NCBI GenBank assembly: GCA_965203055.1
Contig: OZ241863.1
Coordinates: forward strand, 4,032,001-4,096,000
Source: Spirochaetia bacterium
GTDB taxonomy: Bacteria > Spirochaetota > Spirochaetia > SZUA-6 > Bin103
Direction of reading: 5' to 3'
DNA: 64,000 nt
The position numbers and the translations under genes were made by a program. This document shows positions 9,146-17,746 of the stretch, piece by piece. The notes beneath the pieces were generated by a model that had not been told where the DNA came from, ran no database searches, and saw nothing but the letters and a program-made list of their open reading frames with translations. The first letter of the stretch is position 1. Every line of letters begins with the position of its first letter.

Positions 9146-11029
9146 TTGTCTTTGCAACCGCCCCGCAACGAATACCCGCGCCCGCAGTTCGCCCGCGAGG
9201 ATTGGCTCTGCCTCAACGGTTCCTGGCAGTTCGAGATCGACCAGGGAGACAGCGGCCTGGAGCGCGGGCTGCCGGAGCGCGATCTGAACGCCGTCATCAC
9301 GGTGCCGTTCTGTCCCGAGTCGCGGCTGTCGGGCATCGAAAACCACGACTTTCTCAACGCGGTCTGGTACCGGCGCCGCGTGACCATTCCGCCCGCCTGG
9401 GCGGGCCGGCGCGCGCTGCTGCACTTCCAGGCGGTGGACCACGACGCCACCGTGTGGGTCAACGGCGTCGAGGCCGGGCGCCACCGGGGCGGGTTCTCGC
9501 CTTTCAGTTGCGACCTGAGCGGCGTGGCCGCGGCCGGGGACGAGGCGGTGATCACGGTGCGCGCCCGCGACACCCGCGAGCGGCCGCAGCCGCGCGGCAA
9601 GCAGGCGCGGGATTACGCCCCGAGCGGCGCCATCTACGCGCGCACCACCGGCATCTGGCAGACGGTATGGATGGAGCCGGTGCCGGACCTCGCGCTACGC
9701 CGGCCGCGGTTGACGGCGGACTTGGCCAACGGCGTCATCCGCCTGGAGCAGCCGATCACCGGCAACGCGCCGGGCCTGCGCCTGCGCGCCACGCTGAGCG
9801 ACGCGCAGGGCGAAGTCGTCACCGCCGAGTGCGCCGCCGACCTGGACCTGGCGCCGCGTCTGGACCTGCCGGTCCCGGCCGCGCGGCGCCGGTTGTGGGC
9901 GCCCGGCACGCCGCATCTCTACGACGTGGCCATCGCCCTGCTCGATGGTGACGGCAACCTGGTCGACGCCGCGGCCTCGTACAGCGCCCTGCGCGCCGTG
10001 AGCATTGACGGCAAGGCGATCAAGCTCAACGGTGAAGTGGTGTTTCAACGTCTGGTGCTGGATCAGGGCTACTATCCGGACGGCATCATGACGGCGCCGT
10101 CGGACGCGGCGCTGCGCCGCGACATCGAATTGAGCATGGCGGCCGGCTTCAACGGCGCGCGCCTGCACCAGAAGGTGTTCGAGGAGCGCTTCCTCTACCA
10201 TGCCGACCGGCTCGGCTACCTGGTGTGGGGTGAGTTCGGCGACTGGGGCTGCCGCGGCGAAGGGCCGCTCGACGGCGAGCATCAGCAGCCGGGCGCGGAC
10301 TACGTTACCCAGTGGCTGGAGGTGCTGGAGCGGGACTATTCGCATCCGTGCATCGTCGGCTGGTGCCCGCTCAATGAGACCTGGCAGGCGCTCGGCGACC
10401 GTCTCACGGTACTGGACGACGTGACCCGCGGCATGTTCCTCGCCGCCAAGGCGATCGACACCAGCCGGCCGGTGCTGGACGCCTCCGGCTACGCGCACCG
10501 CGTCCCGGAGGCCGACGTCTACGACAGCCACGACTATTCCCAGGACCCGGACCAGTTGGCGCGGAACCAAGCCGGGCTGGCGCACGGCGCGCCCCACCGG
10601 AACAGCGCCGCCGCCTGGGGCATGCCGGCGCGGACCGCGGCGCGGCTGGCCGGCGCGCTGCAGTGGTCGATCGCCTACCGCGGGCAGCCCTACTTCGTCA
10701 GCGAGTTCGGCGGCATCTGGTGGAACCCGGATCTGGCCGCCGGCGAAGAGTCGTGGGGCTACGGCGAGCGCCCGCAGACCATCGAGGAGTTCTACCTCCG
10801 GTTCGAGCGGCTGTGCGCGGTGTTGCTCGACAATCCGGACATGTTCGGCTACTGCTACACCCAGCTCACCGACATCTACCAGGAGCAGAACGGCATCTAC
10901 AAGTTCGACCGTTCCGGCAAGTTCGACCTCGCGCGCCTGCGCGCCGCCCAACAGCGCCCGGCGGCCATCGCGCGGCGCGGCGCGGCGCCGCCCCGCGCCC
11001 CGCGCGCATCGGATATGGTCACCCCATGA
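9146..11029 (+). CDS. Glycoside hydrolase family 2 (beta-galactosidase/glucuronidase-like)
   Basis: EYPRPQF, LNGSWQF, GIWQTVWME, LDQGYYPDG, WCPLNE, SEFGG; GAGGAG before TTG. Confidence 0.9.
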   Translation: MSLQPPRNEYPRPQFAREDWLCLNGSWQFEIDQGDSGLERGLPERDLNAVITVPFCPESRLSGIENHDFLNAVWYRRRVTIPPAWAGRRALLHFQAVDHDATVWVNGVEAGRHRGGFSPFSCDLSGVAAAGDEAVITVRARDTRERPQPRGKQARDYAPSGAIYARTTGIWQTVWMEPVPDLALRRPRLTADLANGVIRLEQPITGNAPGLRLRATLSDAQGEVVTAECAADLDLAPRLDLPVPAARRRLWAPGTPHLYDVAIALLDGDGNLVDAAASYSALRAVSIDGKAIKLNGEVVFQRLVLDQGYYPDGIMTAPSDAALRRDIELSMAAGFNGARLHQKVFEERFLYHADRLGYLVWGEFGDWGCRGEGPLDGEHQQPGADYVTQWLEVLERDYSHPCIVGWCPLNETWQALGDRLTVLDDVTRGMFLAAKAIDTSRPVLDASGYAHRVPEADVYDSHDYSQDPDQLARNQAGLAHGAPHRNSAAAWGMPARTAARLAGALQWSIAYRGQPYFVSEFGGIWWNPDLAAGEESWGYGERPQTIEEFYLRFERLCAVLLDNPDMFGYCYTQLTDIYQEQNGIYKFDRSGKFDLARLRAAQQRPAAIARRGAAPPRAPRASDMVTP

Positions 11030-11859
11030 AGTCACTCGACGATCACTTGGCCGAGTTCAAGCGCGACGGGTTCACGCTGTTCCGGGGGCTGTTCGACACG
11101 GCGTGGGTAGAGGAGTTGCGGGCGGCGTTCGACGAGCTCGCCGGCCGCATCCCCGGCGCCGACGGCAGCCGCCCTTCGGTCGTGGTGGACGTGCTGGAAC
11201 ACAAGCCGGAGCTGGTGCTGCCGGCGTTGTCCAACGTCCGGCTGCTCGATTTCGCCGAGCTGGTGGTCGGCCCCCACGTCCAGCTCGAGTCGATCACCTA
11301 CCGGCGTACCGCGCCGCAGAGCGCGGCCGACGGCGACGTGTTGGGGTTCCATCGCGACATGTTCGCGTTCTTCCCCGAGGAGGGCGTCTATCACCGCCCG
11401 CTGCTGTTCAACGCCTTGACCTACCTGCAGGATCTGACCGACGAATCCGGGCCGTTGCGGATCATTCCGGGCTCGCACATGCGCGCCATGCGCATGACCC
11501 GAGCGGAGGCGCGGCGGCCGCATCCCGAGGAGGTGATCGTCTATCCGCAGGCCGGTGACGCCGCCGTGTTCCACTGCAGCATGCTCCATTCCGGGACCGC
11601 CAACCGCTCCCGGGACTACCGCTACCTGTTCTTCCTGACGCTCAACCATTCGTGGCTGAAGCACCGCGCGAACTACCGGGGACCGGTGTCGCAGGCAGTG
11701 ATCGCCGGAGCGCGGGCGCGCAACGACCGGCGCCTGCTGCGCCTGCTGGGGGTCGACGATCAATTCGTCCAGCGCGCCAATTGCGGCTTCCTGGAGCCGG
11801 ACGAGGAGAACTGGAAGCGCTGGATCGCCGACGACGCCGCGGCCCGCGCCGCGCCGTGA
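11026..11859 (+). CDS. Phytanoyl-CoA dioxygenase (PhyH) family Fe(II)/2OG enzyme
   Basis: FKRDGF, HRD (HxD), IPGSH, LHSGTANRS; ATGA overlap with GH2 stop. Confidence 0.85.
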   Translation: MKSLDDHLAEFKRDGFTLFRGLFDTAWVEELRAAFDELAGRIPGADGSRPSVVVDVLEHKPELVLPALSNVRLLDFAELVVGPHVQLESITYRRTAPQSAADGDVLGFHRDMFAFFPEEGVYHRPLLFNALTYLQDLTDESGPLRIIPGSHMRAMRMTRAEARRPHPEEVIVYPQAGDAAVFHCSMLHSGTANRSRDYRYLFFLTLNHSWLKHRANYRGPVSQAVIAGARARNDRRLLRLLGVDDQFVQRANCGFLEPDEENWKRWIADDAAARAAP

Positions 11860-11904
11860 GTCAGCTTTGCCGGGCACTGCCACACGCTTCGTCCCGCCCC
11901 GGTC

Positions 11905-11933
11905 CTTTCGTTCGCCCTGGACGCGAACGAAAG
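11905..11933 (+). terminator. Perfect 11-bp hairpin downstream of the catabolic operon; possible terminator or RNA stability element
   Basis: CTTTCGTTCGC-cctggac-GCGAACGAAAG; no U-tract on + strand. Confidence 0.4.
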
Positions 11934-11976
11934 CGCCCGGTACCATTAGCCAGCAGCCACCCTGAGGAGACCTTCG

Positions 11977-12261
11977 ATGATTCGTTACATCGACACCGCT
12001 CGTACCATCAGCCTGCTCGCGGGATGGCCGTTCGTCGCCGGCCAGACCAAGAGGCTCCAAGGCTGGTTCGCGCGCGGCGCCCGCCGCCACGATAGGCGGG
12101 AGTATCAGGAGTCGCCGGTGCTGGTGGCCAGGGTGGCAGCGGGGGATCTGCCGCTGGTGGAGGAGCGGCTGCCAGCGGACCCGGCGGCGTGCGCGCCCCG
12201 GTGGAGGAGTCAGCACCTAACGGCGAACGGCCGACAGCCCGGAAAACTGGACATCGGCTAA
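11977..12261 (+). CDS. Small hypothetical protein or gene remnant
   Basis: GAGGAG upstream of ATG; no recognisable domain. Confidence 0.3.
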   Translation: MIRYIDTARTISLLAGWPFVAGQTKRLQGWFARGARRHDRREYQESPVLVARVAAGDLPLVEERLPADPAACAPRWRSQHLTANGRQPGKLDIG

Positions 12262-12271
12262 ACAGTTAGAT
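12215..12271 (+). other. attC-like imperfect hairpin (integron recombination-site-like)
   Basis: 57 bp bounded by ACCTAAC (RYYYAAC) and GTTAGAT (GTTRRRY), inner GGCCGA/TCGGCT and CCGG-AAAA-CTGG pairing; sits at the GC-content transition. Confidence 0.35.
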
Positions 12272-12282
12272 CACTGACGGAG

Positions 12283-13068
12283 ATGATAGTTTTCAACAAT
12301 CCACCAGTAAGTGAAGTTGTAACAGCTACCTACTTTAGGCAACCTATAGTTGACTTAAGGAGCCAGCATGTCGGTCTTTTCTGGCAACGTATAAGGAATC
12401 TCTTTCCTGTCGCTCACCAGCAATTGCCGGTAGGAATAGGAGCTGACATCGGTCCTGACGAGCCATTTCCTATGCCTCGTTATTGGTTCATATCTGACGA
12501 TGATATCAGCCTTTTACAGATCCAAAAGAGTGCTTTCATTTTCAATTGGCGTCGTCGCGGTGACAATAGATATCCGCATTTCAACAAATCTATAAAGCCC
12601 ACATTCGACAGGCTCTATAGTGAATTTGAATCCTTTCTTGCGAAGGACATCGGCACACCTGATGTCCCTATAGATCTATGCGAATTGACATATGTAAACA
12701 CAATAGAGCAGTGTGACTACTGGACCGGACCGCGAGACACCGCCAAGGTGATTCCGTCGTTCGCCGCTGTCTATCCTGGTATAGAGGGTGTTTTCTGTTC
12801 AGACTTCAATTGCTTCTATACCTACAGCATCGATTCTGACCTACATCTTGGCATAGCCGTTCGTAGCGGGGTGGCGTCACGACCACCCAACGAACCGGTG
12901 CTTGTTTTTGAGATCAAAGCGAGCGCCAGGCTCGGCGGGGTTCATAAATCCGAAGCATATCGTTGGTTTGAACGCGCACACAGCAGCGTGTTCAAGTGTT
13001 TCGTGAAAATAACGCAAGAACAAGTCCAATATGATCATTGGGGACGTCGAGAACTGGAGGAAGAATGA
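12283..13068 (+). CDS. TIGR04255 family protein
   Basis: FNNPPVSEV, PRYWF..LLQIQ..FIFNWR, YPHF, ELTYVNTI, WFERAH..F pattern; lower GC than flanks. Confidence 0.8.
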   Translation: MIVFNNPPVSEVVTATYFRQPIVDLRSQHVGLFWQRIRNLFPVAHQQLPVGIGADIGPDEPFPMPRYWFISDDDISLLQIQKSAFIFNWRRRGDNRYPHFNKSIKPTFDRLYSEFESFLAKDIGTPDVPIDLCELTYVNTIEQCDYWTGPRDTAKVIPSFAAVYPGIEGVFCSDFNCFYTYSIDSDLHLGIAVRSGVASRPPNEPVLVFEIKASARLGGVHKSEAYRWFERAHSSVFKCFVKITQEQVQYDHWGRRELEEE

Positions 13069-13778
13069 CGACTGCGACGGCCGAGATCATTGCACCGCAA
13101 CACAGGCCTATCGGTTGGTCTATCGACCAAGCCTCCGATCGAAAGTCTATTCAGATCGAGAGTTTTTCAATGGGTCGTGCTCCAGATACTTATGTATATT
13201 TTGATCCCGTTACATGGTGCTTGACTCGTCCCACAGCAGAAGGATACGCCTCTGCGGACATACACACTTCACCGTTAGAGGCTAGCGTCCGCCGAAGCTA
13301 CTGGCGCTCATCGTCGCTTTCACAGATTTTCTCCGATCGTGTGACGGAGGAACTTGGGAAACGGACAGAGCCTCACCGGCAATTCATCGCGGAAGTTATA
13401 AATAGAAACCGGATGGCTTGGCGTAACCGTCGAGCTTACGAGTGTCGGATCGATGCACTAAGAGCCGATGCTGAACTTGACGATCTTACGATCAACGCAC
13501 ACTCCGAGCGGGATTTCTGGGACTTCATGAGGTCAGCATACGACCTGCCAAAAGCTATGCTTGCGCTAATGGAAAATGGTGATATTCGCGCCGTCTGGAA
13601 GGGAAGTGATTCGAGTCATATCGGTCTCCACTTCCTCGGACATGGCGAGGTCCAATACGTGATTTTCAAGCGTCGCTTATATAGCAGAAGAGTGTCACGC
13701 GTGGCCGGTATCGATGATTTCGGAGGGATCAAAAGGCAGATTGTGGCATTTGACGTCATCGCATCGATGAACCGATGA
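13065..13778 (+). CDS. Hypothetical protein (candidate antitoxin)
   Basis: ATGA overlap with upstream stop, GGAGG RBS; C-terminal alpha/beta segment ENGDIRAVW..HIGLHF.G.GEVQYVIF. Confidence 0.7.
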   Translation: MTTATAEIIAPQHRPIGWSIDQASDRKSIQIESFSMGRAPDTYVYFDPVTWCLTRPTAEGYASADIHTSPLEASVRRSYWRSSSLSQIFSDRVTEELGKRTEPHRQFIAEVINRNRMAWRNRRAYECRIDALRADAELDDLTINAHSERDFWDFMRSAYDLPKAMLALMENGDIRAVWKGSDSSHIGLHFLGHGEVQYVIFKRRLYSRRVSRVAGIDDFGGIKRQIVAFDVIASMNR

Positions 13779-14218
13779 CTGGCAAAGACCTTCCGGACAC
13801 TGATCACGTTGTTCGATACGTGAAGTCCCGCGACATTCTCGAGGACGGCAACCTTAACTGTTCCGCCTTTCAACTGCGGCCAGGTGAATCCGGTTTGTCA
13901 GTGAATTGGATCGAGTACTTCAAGAATCTTACTAAGCCAGAGCAGATACATCAAATCAGGGGGCTGATTCGACTTAGCATGAGACCGAGTGGCCGACTCG
14001 CGGAGCTGAATGTGGGCGAGACTCGGCGGCACGTTGATTGCGCCCTCGGATTTGTTCACAGTCCTTTGCCTGCCGAGGATGCCTATGCCGCGGATCCTTC
14101 ACACAGTGAGGTCATAGGTTTGCCTGCAGGTGATTCCGCAGACGCGGAGTTGATTGGAGACATGATCGCCGAGTGTGTTGTTGCCGTTCACCCTGCAGTG
14201 GAACATGCTGCACAGTGA
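13775..14218 (+). CDS. Hypothetical protein with ADP-ribosyltransferase-like motif pattern (candidate toxin)
   Basis: HVVRY..SAF..GLSVNW..LAELNV..HSPL..DPSHSEVIG; ATGA overlap. Confidence 0.6.
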   Translation: MTGKDLPDTDHVVRYVKSRDILEDGNLNCSAFQLRPGESGLSVNWIEYFKNLTKPEQIHQIRGLIRLSMRPSGRLAELNVGETRRHVDCALGFVHSPLPAEDAYAADPSHSEVIGLPAGDSADAELIGDMIAECVVAVHPAVEHAAQ

Positions 14219-14254
14219 TTTCGGGCGGTCGTTCCAGTGGAGCGAGCCTACGGA

Positions 14255-16495
14255 TCAGGCGCCGGGGCGCACGGTCACGAGGTATTCGTTGGCGGACACC
14301 GGCTGATCCGCGGCCTCGAGGCGCAGCCGGATCGTGTACCGCTCGGCGGCGCGTTCCGGGATCTGCCATGCCACCGCTCCCACTTCGGCGATGCCGTTCT
14401 CGGCGATGCCGCAGGCGATGCGGTCGCCGGCCAGCGCGCGGCCGGCGTCGTCGGTGACCTGCCAGTGCACGGCGAGCGCGCCGTACGGACGGGGAAAGTC
14501 GTTCACCACGTGCAGCGGCTTGCGCAACGCCGCGCCCGGCGTCTCGCCCTCCAGGTCGGGCCATTCCATCATCACGTGCAGCGGGCTGAACGCCTGCTTG
14601 AGGGTGTAGTACGCCTTCTTCTTCACGCCGTAGTAGTCCACCACCGACGCGGTGATCGCCGGCCAACAATCCTTGAAGTGGAAGAACAGGCAGCCGTTGC
14701 AGGGATCGAACTTGCGCCGGCGGTAGAATTCGACGTGGTACTTGTACAGGAACGCCTGATAGTCCTGGCTGTCGTCGATCAACTGCTGCAGGCTGCGCGG
14801 CTCGGGGATCCAGCGCCGCAGGATCTCGCCGTGCAGACAGCGGCGTTCCAACGCCTTCCAGTCGAGCGGCCATAGCTCTTCCTCAGACAGGAACTTGCGC
14901 AGCGACCCCAGGTTCGGCAGCGACTCCGGGGGGCCGAACTCGCCGATGAACTCCAGCAGGCGCCGCTTCTTGATGCGCAGGTCGGCCACCGAACCGCCCG
15001 CCGGCCCCTCGGAATCGGGCAGGGTGCGGAACGGCTTGATCAGATAGTTCATGTCGGGCGGGAACCAGCCGCACAACAGGTGGTAGTCGATCGGCCAGTC
15101 GTACTTGGTCGTGGCGGTCTCCCACTCCCACACGCAGGCGCCCTGCTGCAGGAACCTCGTCGAGTCCTCTTCACCGGCCGCGGTCACCAGCGCCAGGCAC
15201 AACTTCTCGAAGTTCTCCAGGCTCGGCTGCTCGCCCAGCGCCCAGGTAACGATCGACGGGTGATGATAGAGCTGGTTGACCATGTCGCGCGCCTGCGGCA
15301 CCGCCCGCCGGACCATGGCGCCAGAGTCGCTCAACGGCCCCTGCGCCGGAAAATCCTGCAGCACCAGCAGGCCGAGCTCGTCACAGACGTCATAGAACTC
15401 CTCCTTCTCCACCACGCAGTACACCCGCACCATGTTCATGTTGGCCTCGCGCATGAGGCGCACGTCGGCTTCGTACTTGGCGCGCGTCATGTTGGACTGC
15501 AGTTGCTCGGAGAGGTAGTTGGGCCCGCGGCAGAAGAGGCGCTTGCCGTTGAGGTAACATTCCCAGGTGCCCGGCACCTGCCGCAGGTGGCGCAGGCCGA
15601 TCCGGTCGCTCACCTCGTCCAGCACCTGGCCGCCCGCGCTGGCGGTGACGCGCACCTGATAGAGGTGCTGCGCGCCCAGGTCCCAGGGCCACCACCAGCG
15701 CGGTTCGGCCACCTCTACCCATAGCTCGTGCTCGGAGACACCCGGAACGAGGTCGACGCTCCCCGCCGCGGCGCCGCTTTCCGGCCCGGTGAAGTTGTCC
15801 GGCGCAACGCCGGCGCGCAACGCCACCCGCTTCGGCTCGCGGTCGGGGTTCACCAGCCTCACCTTGCAATGCACCCGCGCGCGGCCCGCCGGCACGTCGA
15901 CGTAGGGGGTGGCCTTGAGCCGGTCGATGGCTATCTCCCGGCTCTCCAGCAGGCGCACGTCGGCGAATATGCCGCCGGGATTGACGTCGAGGTTGTTGCA
16001 GTCCCAGTCCTGCAGCGCGCCCTTGACCACGTTCTTCTCGACGGGGCCGACCTTCACGTTGGCGTCCCGGGGAGACTCCACGCGCACTACCAGCAGATTC
16101 TCGCCGGCGCGGATCCAACGCGACGCGTCAAACGTGAAGTGATTGAAGAACCCTTCGTGGGAGCCGAGGTAGTAGCCGTTGATCCAGGCGTCGGCAAAGT
16201 AGTCCACGCCCTGGAAGTGGAGCCGCACTACCGCCGAGCGGCCGGCGCGGTAGTCGAACCGGGTCCGGTACCAGGCCACGCCGTTGTAGCGGTGTCCCTC
16301 CGCCTGCCAGCACGCCGGAACGGTAATCTCGCCCCAGTGCCGGTCGTCGAATTCCGGGGCGAAGAACTTGCACTCCTGCTGCGTGGCGCCAATGGTATTC
16401 CGCACCACGTCGGGGGAAACGTCGCCCATGCCGTCGGGATCGGTCTTGAACTTCCACCTCCCGTTCAACGAAATCTGCCGCCGGTGTCGTCTCAT
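14255..16495 (-). CDS. Glycoside hydrolase family 2 (beta-mannosidase-like)
   Basis: ISLNGRWKF, FQGVDYFA, HEGFF, NMNMVRV, HHPSIVTWALGEQP, GEFG, DCWPAITASVVDYYG. Confidence 0.85.
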   Translation of the reverse strand: MRRHRRQISLNGRWKFKTDPDGMGDVSPDVVRNTIGATQQECKFFAPEFDDRHWGEITVPACWQAEGHRYNGVAWYRTRFDYRAGRSAVVRLHFQGVDYFADAWINGYYLGSHEGFFNHFTFDASRWIRAGENLLVVRVESPRDANVKVGPVEKNVVKGALQDWDCNNLDVNPGGIFADVRLLESREIAIDRLKATPYVDVPAGRARVHCKVRLVNPDREPKRVALRAGVAPDNFTGPESGAAAGSVDLVPGVSEHELWVEVAEPRWWWPWDLGAQHLYQVRVTASAGGQVLDEVSDRIGLRHLRQVPGTWECYLNGKRLFCRGPNYLSEQLQSNMTRAKYEADVRLMREANMNMVRVYCVVEKEEFYDVCDELGLLVLQDFPAQGPLSDSGAMVRRAVPQARDMVNQLYHHPSIVTWALGEQPSLENFEKLCLALVTAAGEEDSTRFLQQGACVWEWETATTKYDWPIDYHLLCGWFPPDMNYLIKPFRTLPDSEGPAGGSVADLRIKKRRLLEFIGEFGPPESLPNLGSLRKFLSEEELWPLDWKALERRCLHGEILRRWIPEPRSLQQLIDDSQDYQAFLYKYHVEFYRRRKFDPCNGCLFFHFKDCWPAITASVVDYYGVKKKAYYTLKQAFSPLHVMMEWPDLEGETPGAALRKPLHVVNDFPRPYGALAVHWQVTDDAGRALAGDRIACGIAENGIAEVGAVAWQIPERAAERYTIRLRLEAADQPVSANEYLVTVRPGA

Positions 16496-16559
16496 TTACC
16501 TACTATTCGTTTCGCGAGCGGTTCTTGTCAAACCTGCTCCGGCGGTGCAGACTGACGGC

Positions 16560-16865
16560 ATGACGGCGAGCCCACCGGCGCGCGGCACGCTCCGGCAGAA
16601 GCTGCTGGTGCTGTACACGGCCAACTCCAGTCCCGATACCGAGGTGATCGCCTGGTCGCTCTACGACGGGGCCAGCGACCGGACCTACGAAGCCGCCGGC
16701 GACGCCGTGCCTCCCTACGCCAGCGTCCTCGCTGCGATGCGCGACGGCTGGCGGGTGATCAAGTACCCTGATCTGCGGCCGCCGAGTCCCGGCCAGGAGT
16801 ACGATCTTTCCTACCTGGAATTCGAATTCGTGCTCGAGAAACTGGAGTCGATCGATGACCAATGA
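16560..16865 (+). CDS. Small hypothetical protein coupled to a PhyH dioxygenase
   Basis: RQKLLVLY..WSLYDG..PPYASVLAAMRDGWRVI..EFVLEKL; overlaps start of next gene. Confidence 0.7.
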   Translation: MTASPPARGTLRQKLLVLYTANSSPDTEVIAWSLYDGASDRTYEAAGDAVPPYASVLAAMRDGWRVIKYPDLRPPSPGQEYDLSYLEFEFVLEKLESIDDQ

Positions 16866-17721
16866 TCCCGCTGACCACGCCTCCGGCGACCTGCGGCTGA
16901 CCAGCCGCGAGATGGCGCGCTTCGTCCGCGACGGGTTTCTGCGCTTCGACGACCTGGCGCCGCGCGACTTGTGCGCCGCGGCGTTGGCCGAGATCGAAGC
17001 CGGCGACCACCGCGCCCGGGCCCAGGCCGGGGCGCCGTTCCGCGAGCTCTGGACTGCGCCCGAGTCGGCGCTGGGGCAAGTGTTCCGGCTGCCGCGCGTG
17101 GCGGCGATCATCACCAGCCTGGTGGGGCCCGACCCGCGCTACGACCATCATGCCGCGCACCTGACCCCGGCGCACACCCGGATGGGCGCCAACCTGCACC
17201 AGGACGCGGAGTACGACGTGCGCCGCCTGCACTTCGACCTGCAGATCTCCTTCTTTCCCGCCGACACCCCGGCGGCCGCGGGAGGCACGCTGTTCCTGCC
17301 CGGCAGCCAGTTCCGGCGGGTGTACGAGTCGACCACCCGCCGCTACCAGGACGTGCTCGGCCAGGTGCAGGCGGTGTGCGGCGCCGGCGCCATGTTCTTC
17401 TGGCATACCAACGTGTGGCACGCGGCGCGCAGCAATCACACCGACCGCGACCGCTACATGTTCAAGCTGCGCCTCAACCCCACGGTGCGCCAGCAGCGGC
17501 TGTGGAATACCAGCGACCTGGAAGATACCCGGACCCGGAACGACGTCGCGCAGATCCTCAGCGAGTCGATCCCGTGGCACGGCCAGCGGCACCGCATCGA
17601 GGTGATGAACCGCATCCGGCTGTGGCGCTACCTGACCGGCGACCCCGACTTCGACGTCGCCTTCTGGTGGTCGCGGATCGAGAACACCCCCGAGACCCTC
17701 TACCGCGGCCAGCGCGCCTGA
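16855..17721 (+). CDS. Phytanoyl-CoA dioxygenase (PhyH) family protein
   Basis: FVRDGF, LHQD, GGTLFLPGS, WHAARSN. Confidence 0.85.
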   Translation: MTNDPADHASGDLRLTSREMARFVRDGFLRFDDLAPRDLCAAALAEIEAGDHRARAQAGAPFRELWTAPESALGQVFRLPRVAAIITSLVGPDPRYDHHAAHLTPAHTRMGANLHQDAEYDVRRLHFDLQISFFPADTPAAAGGTLFLPGSQFRRVYESTTRRYQDVLGQVQAVCGAGAMFFWHTNVWHAARSNHTDRDRYMFKLRLNPTVRQQRLWNTSDLEDTRTRNDVAQILSESIPWHGQRHRIEVMNRIRLWRYLTGDPDFDVAFWWSRIENTPETLYRGQRA

Positions 17722-17746
17722 CCTTGAGGCCCGGCCGGCGCCGCCG

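Noticed and set aside
14219..14254. Second attC site closing the three-gene cassette
   Set aside because: No RYYYAAC/GTTRRRY pair or hairpin in the 36-bp gap
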